From the NCBI GenBank assembly GCA_965218095.1, contig OZ244587.1, positions 5,664,001 through 5,728,000 on the forward strand: DNA of 64,000 nt, in the 5' to 3' direction. Both the position numbers and the translations under genes were made by a program. Of this stretch, positions 29,546-40,163 are shown piece by piece. This DNA comes from Candidatus Poribacteria bacterium (GTDB lineage: Bacteria > Poribacteria > WGA-4E > PCPOR2b). The number at the start of each line of letters is the position of its first letter. Positions within the stretch are counted from its first letter, which is position 1. Under the pieces are notes generated by a model. That model saw only the letters and a list, made by a program, of their open reading frames with translations. It did no database searches and had not been told where the DNA came from.

Positions 29546-30595
29546 CTAAAGTGATTCTTCAAAGAACTGGCTAATCACTTCGGCAGTAAATTTGACAATC
29601 GACACGACACGCGGATATACCATCCGGGTCGGTCCGATAACGCCTATCGTCCCAAACTGATTGCCCCACACCCGATAACTTGATCTCACGATACTACACA
29701 TCCGCATGCCTTCGCAGTCGTTTTCACTGCCAATTAGCACCTGAATTCCAAGCCGATTCCGCCGGGTTGATAAAAGGTCAGCGATCTGCTCTTTCCGCTC
29801 CAAAACCCGGAATAACGGTTCGATTTTCTGCACTTCTCCAAACTCAGGATGACTGAAGAAGTTGGAAGCACCATCAATGTAAACATGAATTTCACGATCC
29901 AGGGAAAAGGTATTCCGTGCGACAACGGCCATTGGCTCTGACAGGTGTCGATCAAAGACGGCTTTCAATTTAACGGCATCCTGCGAGATCTGGCGTATCT
30001 GTTTTAATGGCAGCCCTGCCAACTTTTCATTTAATATCTGGTTAATCTGGTAGATCTCCTCATCAGATAGATCTTTGGGAATGGAGACAACTTGATTTTT
30101 GACAACTCCCGAAGCCATGATTAAAACCGCAAGTATGTGCTCGTTGTCAATCGAGATGAGCTCAAGACGGCGCAGAATGCTGTCGTGCAACTCCGGGCTC
30201 AAGACAACACCAATATAATGCGAAATTTCAGACAGGATCTTGGAAGTCTGTTCCATGATCTCTTCAAAATCGCGACTAGAAGAAGCGTACCCATCTCGGA
30301 TAAATTGCTTCTCCTTTACACTCAACTTCTGATCGGTCATCAGGTTATCGACATACACACGATAGCCTTGCTCTGTCGGAATGCGTCCGGCGGAGGTGTG
30401 AGGATGCGTTAGATAGCCAAGATCTTCAAGGTCTGCCATGGTATTTCGGAGCGTCGCCGCACTTAACCCCATGCTATAGTCCCGCGCAATCTTCCGCGAG
30501 CTAACAGGTTCAGCCGCCCGATTATAGCAATCGACAATTGCCTCTAAAACCTCATATTTCCGGGAATCTAGCACGGGAGTTGTCAACAGTATCAC
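29546..30595 (-). CDS. hrcA: Heat-inducible transcription repressor HrcA
   Basis: EPVSS, SAATLRNTMADLEDLGYLTHPHTSAGRIPT, GVIGPTRM. Confidence 0.96.
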   Translation of the reverse strand: MILLTTPVLDSRKYEVLEAIVDCYNRAAEPVSSRKIARDYSMGLSAATLRNTMADLEDLGYLTHPHTSAGRIPTEQGYRVYVDNLMTDQKLSVKEKQFIRDGYASSSRDFEEIMEQTSKILSEISHYIGVVLSPELHDSILRRLELISIDNEHILAVLIMASGVVKNQVVSIPKDLSDEEIYQINQILNEKLAGLPLKQIRQISQDAVKLKAVFDRHLSEPMAVVARNTFSLDREIHVYIDGASNFFSHPEFGEVQKIEPLFRVLERKEQIADLLSTRRNRLGIQVLIGSENDCEGMRMCSIVRSSYRVWGNQFGTIGVIGPTRMVYPRVVSIVKFTAEVISQFFEESL

Positions 30596-30613
30596 CTCAA
30601 TTCGCAGGGTATT

Positions 30614-30640
30614 TTAGCACTCGACGCCTGAGAGTGCTAA
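30614..30640. promoter_or_regulatory. CIRCE element (HrcA operator)
   Basis: Perfect TTAGCACTC-N9-GAGTGCTAA upstream of hrcA. Confidence 0.97.
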
Positions 30641-30646
30641 CGGCTA

Positions 30647-30675
30647 AAAATACCATCTTTAGATGGATTTGTCAA
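30647..30675 (-). promoter_or_regulatory. sigma70 promoter of hrcA operon
   Basis: TTGACA-17nt-TATTTT with TG extension, directly upstream of CIRCE. Confidence 0.65.
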
Positions 30676-30842
30676 GCAAAAAGGGAAACGCAGGGAATGG
30701 AAAATCGGTTACATCACAAATTCCGAGGGCTGACCGCGGGTGTTAAGTACATGGACACAAATTTCTGCATATTTCCTTCCGGGTCATAATCCATGCTAAT
30801 CCGCATTTTGTTCATAAACGGCGCCTCTATACTCAACCTACC

Positions 30843-32276
30843 TCATCCTTTCTTGAGACGGTAAAGATGCGTGCTCTGCCCAAAGAAGACCTCAGCCGCT
30901 TCCATGAGCGTTTCCGACAGCGTCGGATGGGGGTGGATAGTCCATTCAAGATCCGCTGCAACCGCTGCCATTTCAACCGCAAGCACACCTTCGGCGATTA
31001 GCTCGCCGGCACCGAGACCTACAATGCCCACACCGAGGACCTGTTCGGTTTCCGGATCGATTATCAGCTTGGTCATACCGTCGTTACGCCCCAGAGTGGT
31101 TGCCCTTCCTGACGCGCCCCATGGGAAACGACAGATCTCCACCGGAAGATTTTCCTGCGCTGCTTGTGTCTCAGTCAAACCACACCAAGCGATCTCGGGG
31201 TCTGTGAAGACCACAGCCGGTATCGCCCGCGGCTCGAAGGCGGTTTTGCGTCCGGCAATCGCTTCGGCTGCGACACGCCCCTCATGCGTGGCTTTGTGGG
31301 CGAGCATCGGTTCGCCAGTTATATCCCCGATGGCGTAAATCGCGGCATCGGTCGTCCGGCGCTGGGGGTCAACGCTGACGAATCCCCTTTCGTCCATTTC
31401 TACGGCAGTGTTCTCCAATCCAAGGCGATCGGTGTTCGGCTGGCGTCCGACGGCAATGAGGATTTTCTCAAAAACCTGTTCAGATTCTTCAATATCTTCT
31501 CCCTCGAATCGAACCCGAACGCCGTTCGCTTCCTCCTTCATCTCAACGACTTTGGTGTTGAGCATAATCGCGTGCGACTGCCGCTTCATTCGTCTGGAGA
31601 GGACATCCACCAAGTCACGGTCTACGCCTGGCAGTAAACCAGGGGTCATTTCCACCACAGAGACTTTGCTTCCCAGCGCAGCATAAACCGACCCTAATTC
31701 CAGCCCGATATAACCGCCGCCTACCACCAACATATTTGAGGGAATCTCACGGAGTTCCAGCGCCCCTGTTGAATCAAAAATATGAAGACTGTTCGGAGGC
31801 AGATTGGGGAGGATTTTGGGTTGAGACCCCGTTGCCAAGATAACATTCTCAAACGATAGGTTCTCTGCCTCATCATGGTTCTGTTCAACCCGCAATGTCC
31901 TGGAATCTAGGAAACTCGCCTTTCCCTGGATGGATTGCACATTTCGGCTTTTACAGAGCATGCCAAGCCCCTGAGTCATTTTCTGCACGACGCTTTCCTT
32001 CCAAGAGCGCATCTTATCAAGATGGATGGTCGGCTCACCGAACTCAATTCCCCAATGCGTAGCCTCGCGTGATTCTGTGAGCACCTTTGCCAGATGCAGC
32101 AGGGCTTTGGATGGAATGCAACCCCGATATAGGCAGACGCCGCCGGGGTCTGGCTCCAGGTCAATCAGGGTGACCTGGAGCCCCAGATCTGTAGCCATAA
32201 ATGCAGCTGTATATCCCCCCGGTCCACCACCAATAATAGCAACTTGTGTTGAATGCGTTGTTTCAGGCATAATCAA
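30843..32276 (-). CDS. lpdA: Dihydrolipoyl dehydrogenase
   Basis: GGGPGGY, GGVCLYRGCIPSK, HPHPTLSE. Confidence 0.96.
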   Translation of the reverse strand: MIMPETTHSTQVAIIGGGPGGYTAAFMATDLGLQVTLIDLEPDPGGVCLYRGCIPSKALLHLAKVLTESREATHWGIEFGEPTIHLDKMRSWKESVVQKMTQGLGMLCKSRNVQSIQGKASFLDSRTLRVEQNHDEAENLSFENVILATGSQPKILPNLPPNSLHIFDSTGALELREIPSNMLVVGGGYIGLELGSVYAALGSKVSVVEMTPGLLPGVDRDLVDVLSRRMKRQSHAIMLNTKVVEMKEEANGVRVRFEGEDIEESEQVFEKILIAVGRQPNTDRLGLENTAVEMDERGFVSVDPQRRTTDAAIYAIGDITGEPMLAHKATHEGRVAAEAIAGRKTAFEPRAIPAVVFTDPEIAWCGLTETQAAQENLPVEICRFPWGASGRATTLGRNDGMTKLIIDPETEQVLGVGIVGLGAGELIAEGVLAVEMAAVAADLEWTIHPHPTLSETLMEAAEVFFGQSTHLYRLKKG

Positions 32277-32345
32277 TGTAATGCGGTCAGAAAACGTGAT
32301 GCGCGATACATATTGCGTATTGCATGATTCGTAGATGTATTGATA

Positions 32346-33728
32346 TTAACCTTCGAGAGTCATCAGGAAAGGCTGTTCCAGTGCTTCAACCACCCATCGC
32401 AGAAATCGGGCTGCATCTGCTCCATCAATCAAGCGATGGTCATAGGAAAGCGCAAGCGGTAGCATCAAGCGCGGTTGAAGCTGATCGTCGATGAAAACCG
32501 CCTCGATTTGCCCACGGGCAATACCGAGAATCGCAACCTCTGGCGCATTTATGATGGGTGAGAAATTCGTGCCGCCAATGCCGCCCAAGTTCGTGATGGT
32601 GAATGTTCCGCCCTGCATCTCTTCCAGACTGAGTTTCTTATTTCTGGCTTTCTCTGCAACCTGCCCCAATTCAACGGACAACGCGATGATATTTTTCCGA
32701 CTTACGTCCCAAATTACTGGGACCAAGAGGCCGGCTGGCGTATCCACCGCTATCCCGATATGATAGTATTTTTTATAGATAATCTCATTGTTGTCCATAT
32801 CCACGCTTGCGTTAAATTTGGGGAAAACCTTCAAAGCGGAAGCCACGACTTTCAGAATTATCGCCGTGATGGTCAGTTTGCCCCCTGCCGTTTCGGCTTT
32901 GGGCTGAAATTGCTTTCGGAGACCTTCCAATTCGGTAATATCCGCCTTGTCGAAGTTGGTCACATGCGGGATAGTAGACCAAGCTGCACTCATGTGTGTT
33001 GCTGTCGCACGACGGATATTGCTCATCGCCTCCCGTTCGATTTCACCCCATTTTGAGAAATCCGGCAGAGGTGGCGCCGAGATCTGACCTGTTGGCGTGG
33101 AGGTGGAGACCGCATGCTGTGTTTCTGTGTTTATCTGTCGAGCGTAATTTTTGACATCTTCAATGGAGATTCGTCCTCCCGGACCCGTTCCCGAAACATG
33201 GTGAAGGTCGATCCCAATTTCCCGCGCAAAACGACGGACAGATGGCGCGGCTGGAGTAATTTGGGAGGGTATTTTCGGTGGTGAGAGTTCCACGTCACTA
33301 GGTGGAAGTCTGTCTGGTTGAACCTGTTGCGCCGAAGAGCTCAAGGGGATGGCAGGCTGTGCCCTTACTGCCGGAGTTTCAGGGGGTTGCGGTATTTCAG
33401 TGGGCGCTTCTATGACCGGGGTTTCGCGGGTTGTATCGGGCTTGTGGGGCTCAACATCTTCCGTAGTCTCGGCGACTGTTTCGCCCACGACCGCTGTATC
33501 GACCGTCAGAATCGGTTGACCGACTTCGGCTGTTCCGCCCTCTTCTACGTGAATCTTCGTGACGACGCCACTCACGGAAGAAGGCACCTCGATTGCGGCC
33601 TTATCCGTTTCAATTTCCAATACCGGTTGATCTTCTTCGATGGCATCACCTGCGGACACCAGAATCGTCACGACATCGCAGGATTCAATGTTTTCACCGA
33701 GTTCCGGGAGTTTAAATTCTGTTATCAT
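32346..33728 (-). CDS. aceF: Pyruvate dehydrogenase E2, dihydrolipoamide acetyltransferase
   Basis: Single lipoyl domain ETDKA, E3-binding GTGPGGRI, YDHRLIDGA. Confidence 0.93.
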   Translation of the reverse strand: MITEFKLPELGENIESCDVVTILVSAGDAIEEDQPVLEIETDKAAIEVPSSVSGVVTKIHVEEGGTAEVGQPILTVDTAVVGETVAETTEDVEPHKPDTTRETPVIEAPTEIPQPPETPAVRAQPAIPLSSSAQQVQPDRLPPSDVELSPPKIPSQITPAAPSVRRFAREIGIDLHHVSGTGPGGRISIEDVKNYARQINTETQHAVSTSTPTGQISAPPLPDFSKWGEIEREAMSNIRRATATHMSAAWSTIPHVTNFDKADITELEGLRKQFQPKAETAGGKLTITAIILKVVASALKVFPKFNASVDMDNNEIIYKKYYHIGIAVDTPAGLLVPVIWDVSRKNIIALSVELGQVAEKARNKKLSLEEMQGGTFTITNLGGIGGTNFSPIINAPEVAILGIARGQIEAVFIDDQLQPRLMLPLALSYDHRLIDGADAARFLRWVVEALEQPFLMTLEG

Positions 33729-33825
33729 ATCAATTATCCGTAATGTGTAAAACGTGAAACGTGATGCGTGAAGATGGGTATTGGGGTTATGTTGTTCGGA
33801 GATAGATTAACTCCACTGTGCGAGT

Positions 33826-34327
33826 CTATTCACCAAGGTCTGTACCCACAAAACTTTTGAACCTTAGCTCCCTCATTCTTCCAGTAAACTTGAATGCTTT
33901 GAAGTTGTTGTATTGAGGATAGTTACCAGATACAACTAACTCACCATTGATATATAATTTGAAAACACTCCCTTTTTATGAGTTTTCAGTTGATTGTCTT
34001 GATTCCTACCGAAGTTACAGGCTTTCATAGAATCTGCCTCAGGGAATTGAAATATACCTGAACGTTTATGGTAAACCTTAAAATGTTGAATTTTCTGTAA
34101 TGGTCAATAGGATGATCGACACTTTTGCTCGCCAAATCCAAGCCGCAAATTGTAGGAGATAATGTCCACCATCTTCCTGACCAATACAGTTTTTCGGAAA
34201 GTTCCTGAATCTGCGCTTTGATCTCCGCGACATCGTTTTCTAAATGTCCAAGTTTTGTGAGAATCTTCTTGAGAATGGCTTCGATTCCGAATTCCTCTTG
34301 TTTTCGAGTTCGAAAATCAACTGGCAA
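33826..34327 (-). pseudogene. AT-rich degraded gene remnant(s) between aceE and aceF
   Basis: Coiled-coil fragment (LGHLENDVAEIKAQIQEL) and beta-rich fragment (VFKLYINGELVVSG) in broken frames. Confidence 0.4.
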
Positions 34328-37031
34328 AAGGATCCGGTTTCTCTGGATTAGTCTCTAATTCCCGAATCGCTTGCTGAACTGTGTCGAACGAAATCTGCCC
34401 CTCGCGTGCTAGGGCGTTGAGTGTTCCCAACGTGATAAACCGGGCGTCCACCTCAAAGAAATCGCGGAGCGCCTCCCGACTTTCGCTCCTGCCGAATCCG
34501 TCTGTCCCCAACGAGACAAGCGGTTTGGGAAACCATCGGGCAATCGAGTCCGGCAGTGATTTCATGTAATCGGAAGCTGCGACAAAGACACCCGGTGCGT
34601 CCCCAACACACTGACTCACATAAGGCGCTCTCGATGGTTCGGACGGATGGAGCATGTTCCAACGCTCCACGGCATGTCCGTCACGATAAAGTTCTTTATA
34701 GCTGGTGATACTCCACACATCCGCGGCGACGTTGTATTGTTCTTCAAGAATCTTCTGGGCTTTGAGAACCTCATTTAAGATTGCCCCGCTTCCGAAAAGT
34801 TGTGCGTGAAGGTGTGTGTCCTTTTTATCTGACGCTTTGTACCTGTACATTCCCTTGAGGATGCCATCTTTGACCCCATCGGGCATTGGTGGCATAGCAT
34901 ACGGTTCATTCTCTACAGTCAGGTAGTAGAAGATGTCTTCCTGCTCTTCGTACATTCGACGAATACCATCGCGAATGATGACAGCCAATTCGTAAGCAAA
35001 TGCGGGATCGTAAGTGACAAGGTTTGGGACGGCGTATGCTGTCAGGTGACTATGTCCATCCTGATGTTGGAGTCCTTCGCCAGCCAGCGTGGTGCGTCCC
35101 GCCGTTCCACCGAGCAGAAAGCCACGACAACGCATATCGCCGGCAGCCCAGATTAGGTCGCCAATTCGCTGGAATCCGAACATGGAGTAATAGATAAAGA
35201 ACGGAATGGTATTGATTCCATGAATGGCGTGAGCGGCACCTGCGGCGATAAACGATGCCATCGAACCGGCTTCCGTGATTCCCTCTTCCAAGATCTGCCC
35301 ATCTTGGGCTTCCCTGTAATAGAGCAAGGTATCCGCATCGACAGGTTCATAAAGCTGGCCAACGTGAGAGTAAATCCCAACCTGGCGAAACAGCGCCTCC
35401 ATTCCGAAAGTACGGGCTTCGTCAGGAACAATGGGAACGATCAGCTTCCCGATCTTCTTATCGCGAAGCAGTCTAGCGAGAATTCGCACAAAGGCGAAAG
35501 TTGTGGAAACCTCACGCCCTTTGGACCCTTTGTAAAACTCTTCAAATACCGACTCTGGCGGTATCTTGAGAGGAGTAACTGTGGCAGTACGGCTTGGCAC
35601 ATAACCACCGAATTTCCGCCGGCGTTCGTGCAAATACCGCATTTCGGAACTATCCTCTGGCGGCTTATAAAAAGGTGCATCGGCAACTTCCTCATCTGGA
35701 ATAGGGATGCCAAACCGGGTGCGAAATTCCCTCAGTTCGTCCTCATTTAGCTTCTTCTGCTGATGGGTGATATTCTTGCCCTCCCCGCTTTCACCGAGTC
35801 CGTACCCTTTGATTGTTTTTGCCAGGATAACGGTGGGCGAGCCCTCGTGTTCAACTGCGGCTTTGTAGGCATTATAGATCTTCTCGGGATCGTGTCCACC
35901 GCGCCTCAGCTTGATTAACTGTTCATCAGAAATATGTTCGACCAATTCCAGCAGACGAGGATATGCGCCAAAAAAGTGTTCACGGAGATATCGCCCAGCC
36001 TCCGTTCCAGATCCGGCCTTATACTTTTGATACTGTCCGTCTACAACTTCGTTCATCCGCTTCACCAGGAGGTCGCCGTGGTCTTTGGCAAACAACGGGT
36101 CCCAGTCAGTTCCCCAAATCACTTTGATCACATTCCAGCCAGCCCCACGAAAAATGGCTTCTAACTCTTGAATGATTTTCCCGTTGCCGCGTACCGGACC
36201 ATCGATCCGCTGCAGGTTGCAGTTAATCACAAAGATTAGATTATCCAGTTCCTCACGGGACGCAAGGGTAATCGCCCCAAGGGTTTCCGGCTCATCAGTC
36301 TCGCCATCCCCCAAAAATGCCCATACCTTTCTTCCGGTGTCTTCTTTTAGACCGCGATCTTCGAGATAACGATTAAAACGCGCCTGATAAATTGCCTGGA
36401 TCGGGCTCAGGCCCATGGAGACAGTTGGAAATTCCCAAAAGCCGGGCATCAACCACGGATGGGGATATGAAGAGAGACCGCCCCCCGTTTGTAACTCACG
36501 CCGAAAGTTTTCCAACTGCTGCTTAGATAGGCGTCCCTCCAGAAAAGCCCGTGCATAAATCCCCGGCGCAGCATGCCCTTGAAAATAGACCTGATCGCCG
36601 GCCTCCTCCTCTCCATGCGCCCGGAAGAAGTGGTTGAAGCCGACCTCATATAGCGTTGCCGCTGAGGCATAGGTCGAAATATGTCCACCGATCCCATCAA
36701 CCTGTTTGTTAGCACGAACAACCATGGCCATTGCGTTCCAGCGAACCACATTTTTGATACGCCGCTCGATTTCTCGACTGCCGGGGAAAGGGACTTCCTT
36801 CTCAGGAGGGATGGTGTTGATGTAGGGTGTATTCGCGGTGAATGGCGATCGGACGCCAAATTGAAATGCGTGAAGGTTCAACATATTGAGGAGGCGCTGA
36901 ACCCGCTCTGGACCACCACTTTCGAGTACGTACTCCAGAGACTCAAGCCACTCAAGATTTTCAATAATTTCTGTTTCAGGACTTTCGTTATGATTTACTT
37001 TGTCATTCATCTTTATGATTCCTTCTGTCAA
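34317..37031 (-). CDS. aceE: Pyruvate dehydrogenase E1, homodimeric type
   Basis: GGHISTY, FQGHAAPG, GDGETDE, NCNLQRIDG, GEGLQHQDG. Confidence 0.97.
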   Translation of the reverse strand: MTEGIIKMNDKVNHNESPETEIIENLEWLESLEYVLESGGPERVQRLLNMLNLHAFQFGVRSPFTANTPYINTIPPEKEVPFPGSREIERRIKNVVRWNAMAMVVRANKQVDGIGGHISTYASAATLYEVGFNHFFRAHGEEEAGDQVYFQGHAAPGIYARAFLEGRLSKQQLENFRRELQTGGGLSSYPHPWLMPGFWEFPTVSMGLSPIQAIYQARFNRYLEDRGLKEDTGRKVWAFLGDGETDEPETLGAITLASREELDNLIFVINCNLQRIDGPVRGNGKIIQELEAIFRGAGWNVIKVIWGTDWDPLFAKDHGDLLVKRMNEVVDGQYQKYKAGSGTEAGRYLREHFFGAYPRLLELVEHISDEQLIKLRRGGHDPEKIYNAYKAAVEHEGSPTVILAKTIKGYGLGESGEGKNITHQQKKLNEDELREFRTRFGIPIPDEEVADAPFYKPPEDSSEMRYLHERRRKFGGYVPSRTATVTPLKIPPESVFEEFYKGSKGREVSTTFAFVRILARLLRDKKIGKLIVPIVPDEARTFGMEALFRQVGIYSHVGQLYEPVDADTLLYYREAQDGQILEEGITEAGSMASFIAAGAAHAIHGINTIPFFIYYSMFGFQRIGDLIWAAGDMRCRGFLLGGTAGRTTLAGEGLQHQDGHSHLTAYAVPNLVTYDPAFAYELAVIIRDGIRRMYEEQEDIFYYLTVENEPYAMPPMPDGVKDGILKGMYRYKASDKKDTHLHAQLFGSGAILNEVLKAQKILEEQYNVAADVWSITSYKELYRDGHAVERWNMLHPSEPSRAPYVSQCVGDAPGVFVAASDYMKSLPDSIARWFPKPLVSLGTDGFGRSESREALRDFFEVDARFITLGTLNALAREGQISFDTVQQAIRELETNPEKPDPFAS

Positions 37032-37072
37032 ACTTGCACGTCCCCCGGCTTTGAAAATAATCGAATTAGCTA

Positions 37073-37856
37073 GGACGTGTTGACATTTATGGCATAATAA
37101 CGATATGTCAACACTTACCTTATCCGATAATCAATGGTCAAAAATAGCAGCATTCCTGCAAACCTGTTCCGATGTCTACACCGGACAGCAAGCGAACTTA
37201 AAACGTTTTGTCCAAGCAGTGCTTTGGATAACTCGTAGTGGTAGTCAATGGCGACTCCTACCAAAAGAGTACGGCAGTTGGAACAGCGTCTATAAACGAT
37301 TCGCTTGCTGGTGCGATAAAGGCATCTTCCAACGGTTGCATCAACACTTTGTCAACGACCCAGATATGGTGACAGTACCATCATCCACGCTCACCCCTGT
37401 GCTGCAGGGGCTTTGAAAACAAGTGGTGGTCAAGCCTCACAGGCACTCGGATGTAGTGCGGGTGGATTTTCAACCAAAATTCACATCACGGTTGATGGCT
37501 TAGGCAATCCATTACGTTTTGCGCTGACGGCTGGACAACGCCACGCCATGACTTGTGCGGAAGGGTATAGCAGTGAGTATGTGATAGCCGACTCAGCGTA
37601 TGACGCGGATTCATTGGTGCAGTTGATAATCCGTATGGGTGCAGAGCTAGTGATTCGTCCCCGTATCAACCACCGTGAGTCACGAGACTATGATACGCAT
37701 CTGTACCGAGAGAGACATCGGGTGGAATGCTTCATCAACAAAATCAAGCACTATAGGCGTATCTTCAGTCGTTTTGATAAGTTGGCGGGTCGCTATTTGG
37801 GGTTTCTGAGTTTCGTTGCTGCGATTATCTGGTTACGATGAAATGTCAACAGAACC
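37073..37856 (+). mobile_element. IS5-family insertion sequence, copy 1 (degenerate; ORFs 37105-37416 and 37413-37841)
   Basis: TIRs GGACGTGTTGACATTT / AAATGTCAACAGAACC; TA at both ends; transposase motifs QWRLLP, GGFSTKIH, ERHRVECFINKIKHYRRI; IxDST motif deleted. Confidence 0.9.
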
Positions 37857-38222
37857 TACTCATTACTGACCTTTTGCATAATCCGTGGAGTAGTTTCGAG
37901 AATTATGGGAACCGGAAACTGAACTTGGGAGCCAGGGAGGACACAAAAGTAATCAGAATTGGGCGCTGGGGGTGCGGGACTTCTCGGCTTGTTGGGTGTG
38001 ACGTGAGATGAAATCGTATAATTGAAGGGGGCCGGTATGATGGCGGTGTTGTCCTGCTCGGCTATAAATCGAATTTGATACTGAACTCAAAGGCTCATGG
38101 TGAAATTGAATGAGTTCAAATACAACGTCAATCCGATAATCAGTCAAAACAGGCAGCCATAGGAAGTGACCAAGAATATCCTGCCGCTGCTTCAAAGCGG
38201 GAGCGTCTGCCACGATACATTT

Positions 38223-39287
38223 CTACGAATCCGCCGATTTTTCATCGATTTGGATAAGTTGAGCCTCCAGTTTAGCGACACGCTGCTGAAGTCGTGCAAA
38301 TTCGTGTAGGATCTCTGGCATTCTGCGGAGGGAGGCTTGTATGCGCAGTTCGTGTGCATGCGGTTTGGCTGGAAAACCAGACACGTAACTTCCTGCTGGC
38401 ACGTCTTTCGTCACGCCTGATTTGGCAAATACGGTGCTATCCTCGCCAATGGTGGTATGTCCAACAACGCCGGAGTGTCCAGCCATTGTTACACGGTCCT
38501 TCAGCTTGCTGCTGCCAGCCAACGCAGATTGCGCGACGATAATACAGTCTTCGCCGACCACAACATTATGAGCGATCTGCACCAGATTATCCACCTTGGT
38601 GCCCTGCTTGATGATGGTCGCACCGTTGGCCATCGTGGCGCGGTCAACGGTTGTGTTGGCGCCGATTTCAACGTCATCTTTAATGATGACCGTTCCGATC
38701 TGCGGGATTTTATGGTGACGGTCACTGACGGACGCGAAACCGAAGCCATCGCTGCCGATGACCGCGCCGCTGTGAAGTATGACCCGACTCCCAATCTCGA
38801 TATCTTCACGAATTGTCACATTAGGGTAAATGAGAACGTCCGCCCCGATCTTGACGTCATCGCCGATGTATACAAATGGACTGATAATCGTCCCGTCGCC
38901 GATTTGGACATTTTCACCGACGTACGTATGGGCTTGAACGGAGACCATCTCGCCGATTTGGACGTTATCGCCGATTATCGCCGTTTCGTGGATGCCGTAC
39001 TCGGTTTTCCGCTTACGCCACGCAAACAATTCCAATACCCGAACAAAGGCGTAGTACGGATTGGCAACGCGGATAAGCGGCTTGCCGCTGTAGGCGGTGT
39101 CTTGCCCAACAATAATCGCGGAAGCCTGCGTACGCGCTATCTCTTGCAGGTATTTCGAGTTGGCGATAAACGTGATTTCATGTTCTCTCGCTTCCTTGAT
39201 CCCCGAAACGCCTATAATCTCAATCTCACCGTCACCTAACAACTCCCCATCGATTAATTCACCAATTTCTTTTAGTTTTTTTATCAT
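38223..39287 (-). CDS. lpxD: UDP-3-O-acyl-glucosamine N-acyltransferase
   Basis: Hexapeptide repeats, IGSDGFGF, EIGANTTVDR, KVDNLVQIAHN. Confidence 0.96.
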   Translation of the reverse strand: MIKKLKEIGELIDGELLGDGEIEIIGVSGIKEAREHEITFIANSKYLQEIARTQASAIIVGQDTAYSGKPLIRVANPYYAFVRVLELFAWRKRKTEYGIHETAIIGDNVQIGEMVSVQAHTYVGENVQIGDGTIISPFVYIGDDVKIGADVLIYPNVTIREDIEIGSRVILHSGAVIGSDGFGFASVSDRHHKIPQIGTVIIKDDVEIGANTTVDRATMANGATIIKQGTKVDNLVQIAHNVVVGEDCIIVAQSALAGSSKLKDRVTMAGHSGVVGHTTIGEDSTVFAKSGVTKDVPAGSYVSGFPAKPHAHELRIQASLRRMPEILHEFARLQQRVAKLEAQLIQIDEKSADS

Positions 39288-39311
39288 AATTGCCTAGGGT
39301 GGAAAATAAGA

Positions 39312-39501
39312 CCCGTATTCCGCACCCCATGAATACTGGGTTTGTGACCATTTTGGAGGCCAAAAACACCGTTTTTTCGCGCAACTCGAATAAAATCCAC
39401 GATCCAATCGGATTGTCAAAAATTGAAGAACTCAGTATCCATACTGGTTTACAGGATTTCAATAAATGCCGGAAACCCCAAAAACAGGTGCGGAATGTAG
39501 G
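39312..39501. mobile_element. MITE-like non-autonomous element (190 bp)
   Basis: Imperfect 15-bp TIRs CCCGTATTCCGCACC / GGTGCGGAATGTAGG flanked by direct repeat ATAAGA (39306-39311, 39502-39507). Confidence 0.65.
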
Positions 39502-39519
39502 ATAAGAGGGCTTGAATTA

Positions 39520-40131
39520 TTAATTATTTTTTCCCCCTTTTTTCCCGGTCTCCTTTTCAGGGGGAGTAGACGACTGTTTTGAATTCTTCAATATCTCCTG
39601 GTCATGTTGATCGTTCAGTAACTTGAGAACTCTTTCTGTTAAGTCATATTTTGCATCCACATAAAGCGTTACCAAGCGTTTCTCAAGAATAAGGCTATAC
39701 CCTTCACTTTTACCGATCTGTTGAAGCAAATCTTCTATTGCTTTCGTAAGTGGTTCAAACAATTCCTTCTGTTTCGCTAGAATCGATTCTTGACCAATTT
39801 CCAGTTCACGCTGGAGTTCTTGCTTCTTGAGACGAATGTCATTTTCCAGCGTTTCCGTCTCCGGATTATCAAGAAACAGCTTTTGCTTCGTCAGGCGTTC
39901 TTCCATCGTTTTGATTTCGTTCTGAATGTCTTTGAGTTGATTCGTTAACCGATTCTCTGCGGTTTTCAGAATTTCAATTGCTTCCTGGGCTTTTCTAAAG
40001 TTCTCAAATACCTTTTGTGTGTCAACGACGCCCAATTTGAAGCTATTTTGCGCTGCAACCTCAAAATTCAAAAAGAACAATCCGATTAAAGCAACGCCAA
40101 GTAAAAGATAAAATCTCGAAATTCTAGTCAT
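39520..40131 (-). CDS. skp: OmpH/Skp periplasmic chaperone
   Basis: Signal peptide, KLGVVDTQKV, GYSLIL, DLTERV; located between bamA and lpxD. Confidence 0.9.
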   Translation of the reverse strand: MTRISRFYLLLGVALIGLFFLNFEVAAQNSFKLGVVDTQKVFENFRKAQEAIEILKTAENRLTNQLKDIQNEIKTMEERLTKQKLFLDNPETETLENDIRLKKQELQRELEIGQESILAKQKELFEPLTKAIEDLLQQIGKSEGYSLILEKRLVTLYVDAKYDLTERVLKLLNDQHDQEILKNSKQSSTPPEKETGKKGGKNN

Positions 40132-40163
40132 AACTTTATATCCTTGTGCTCCACAAGAGAGTT

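Noticed and set aside
37953-38213. 86-aa ORF downstream of lpxD
   Set aside because: No RBS or recognisable motif; may be a degraded remnant next to IS5 and cannot be supported
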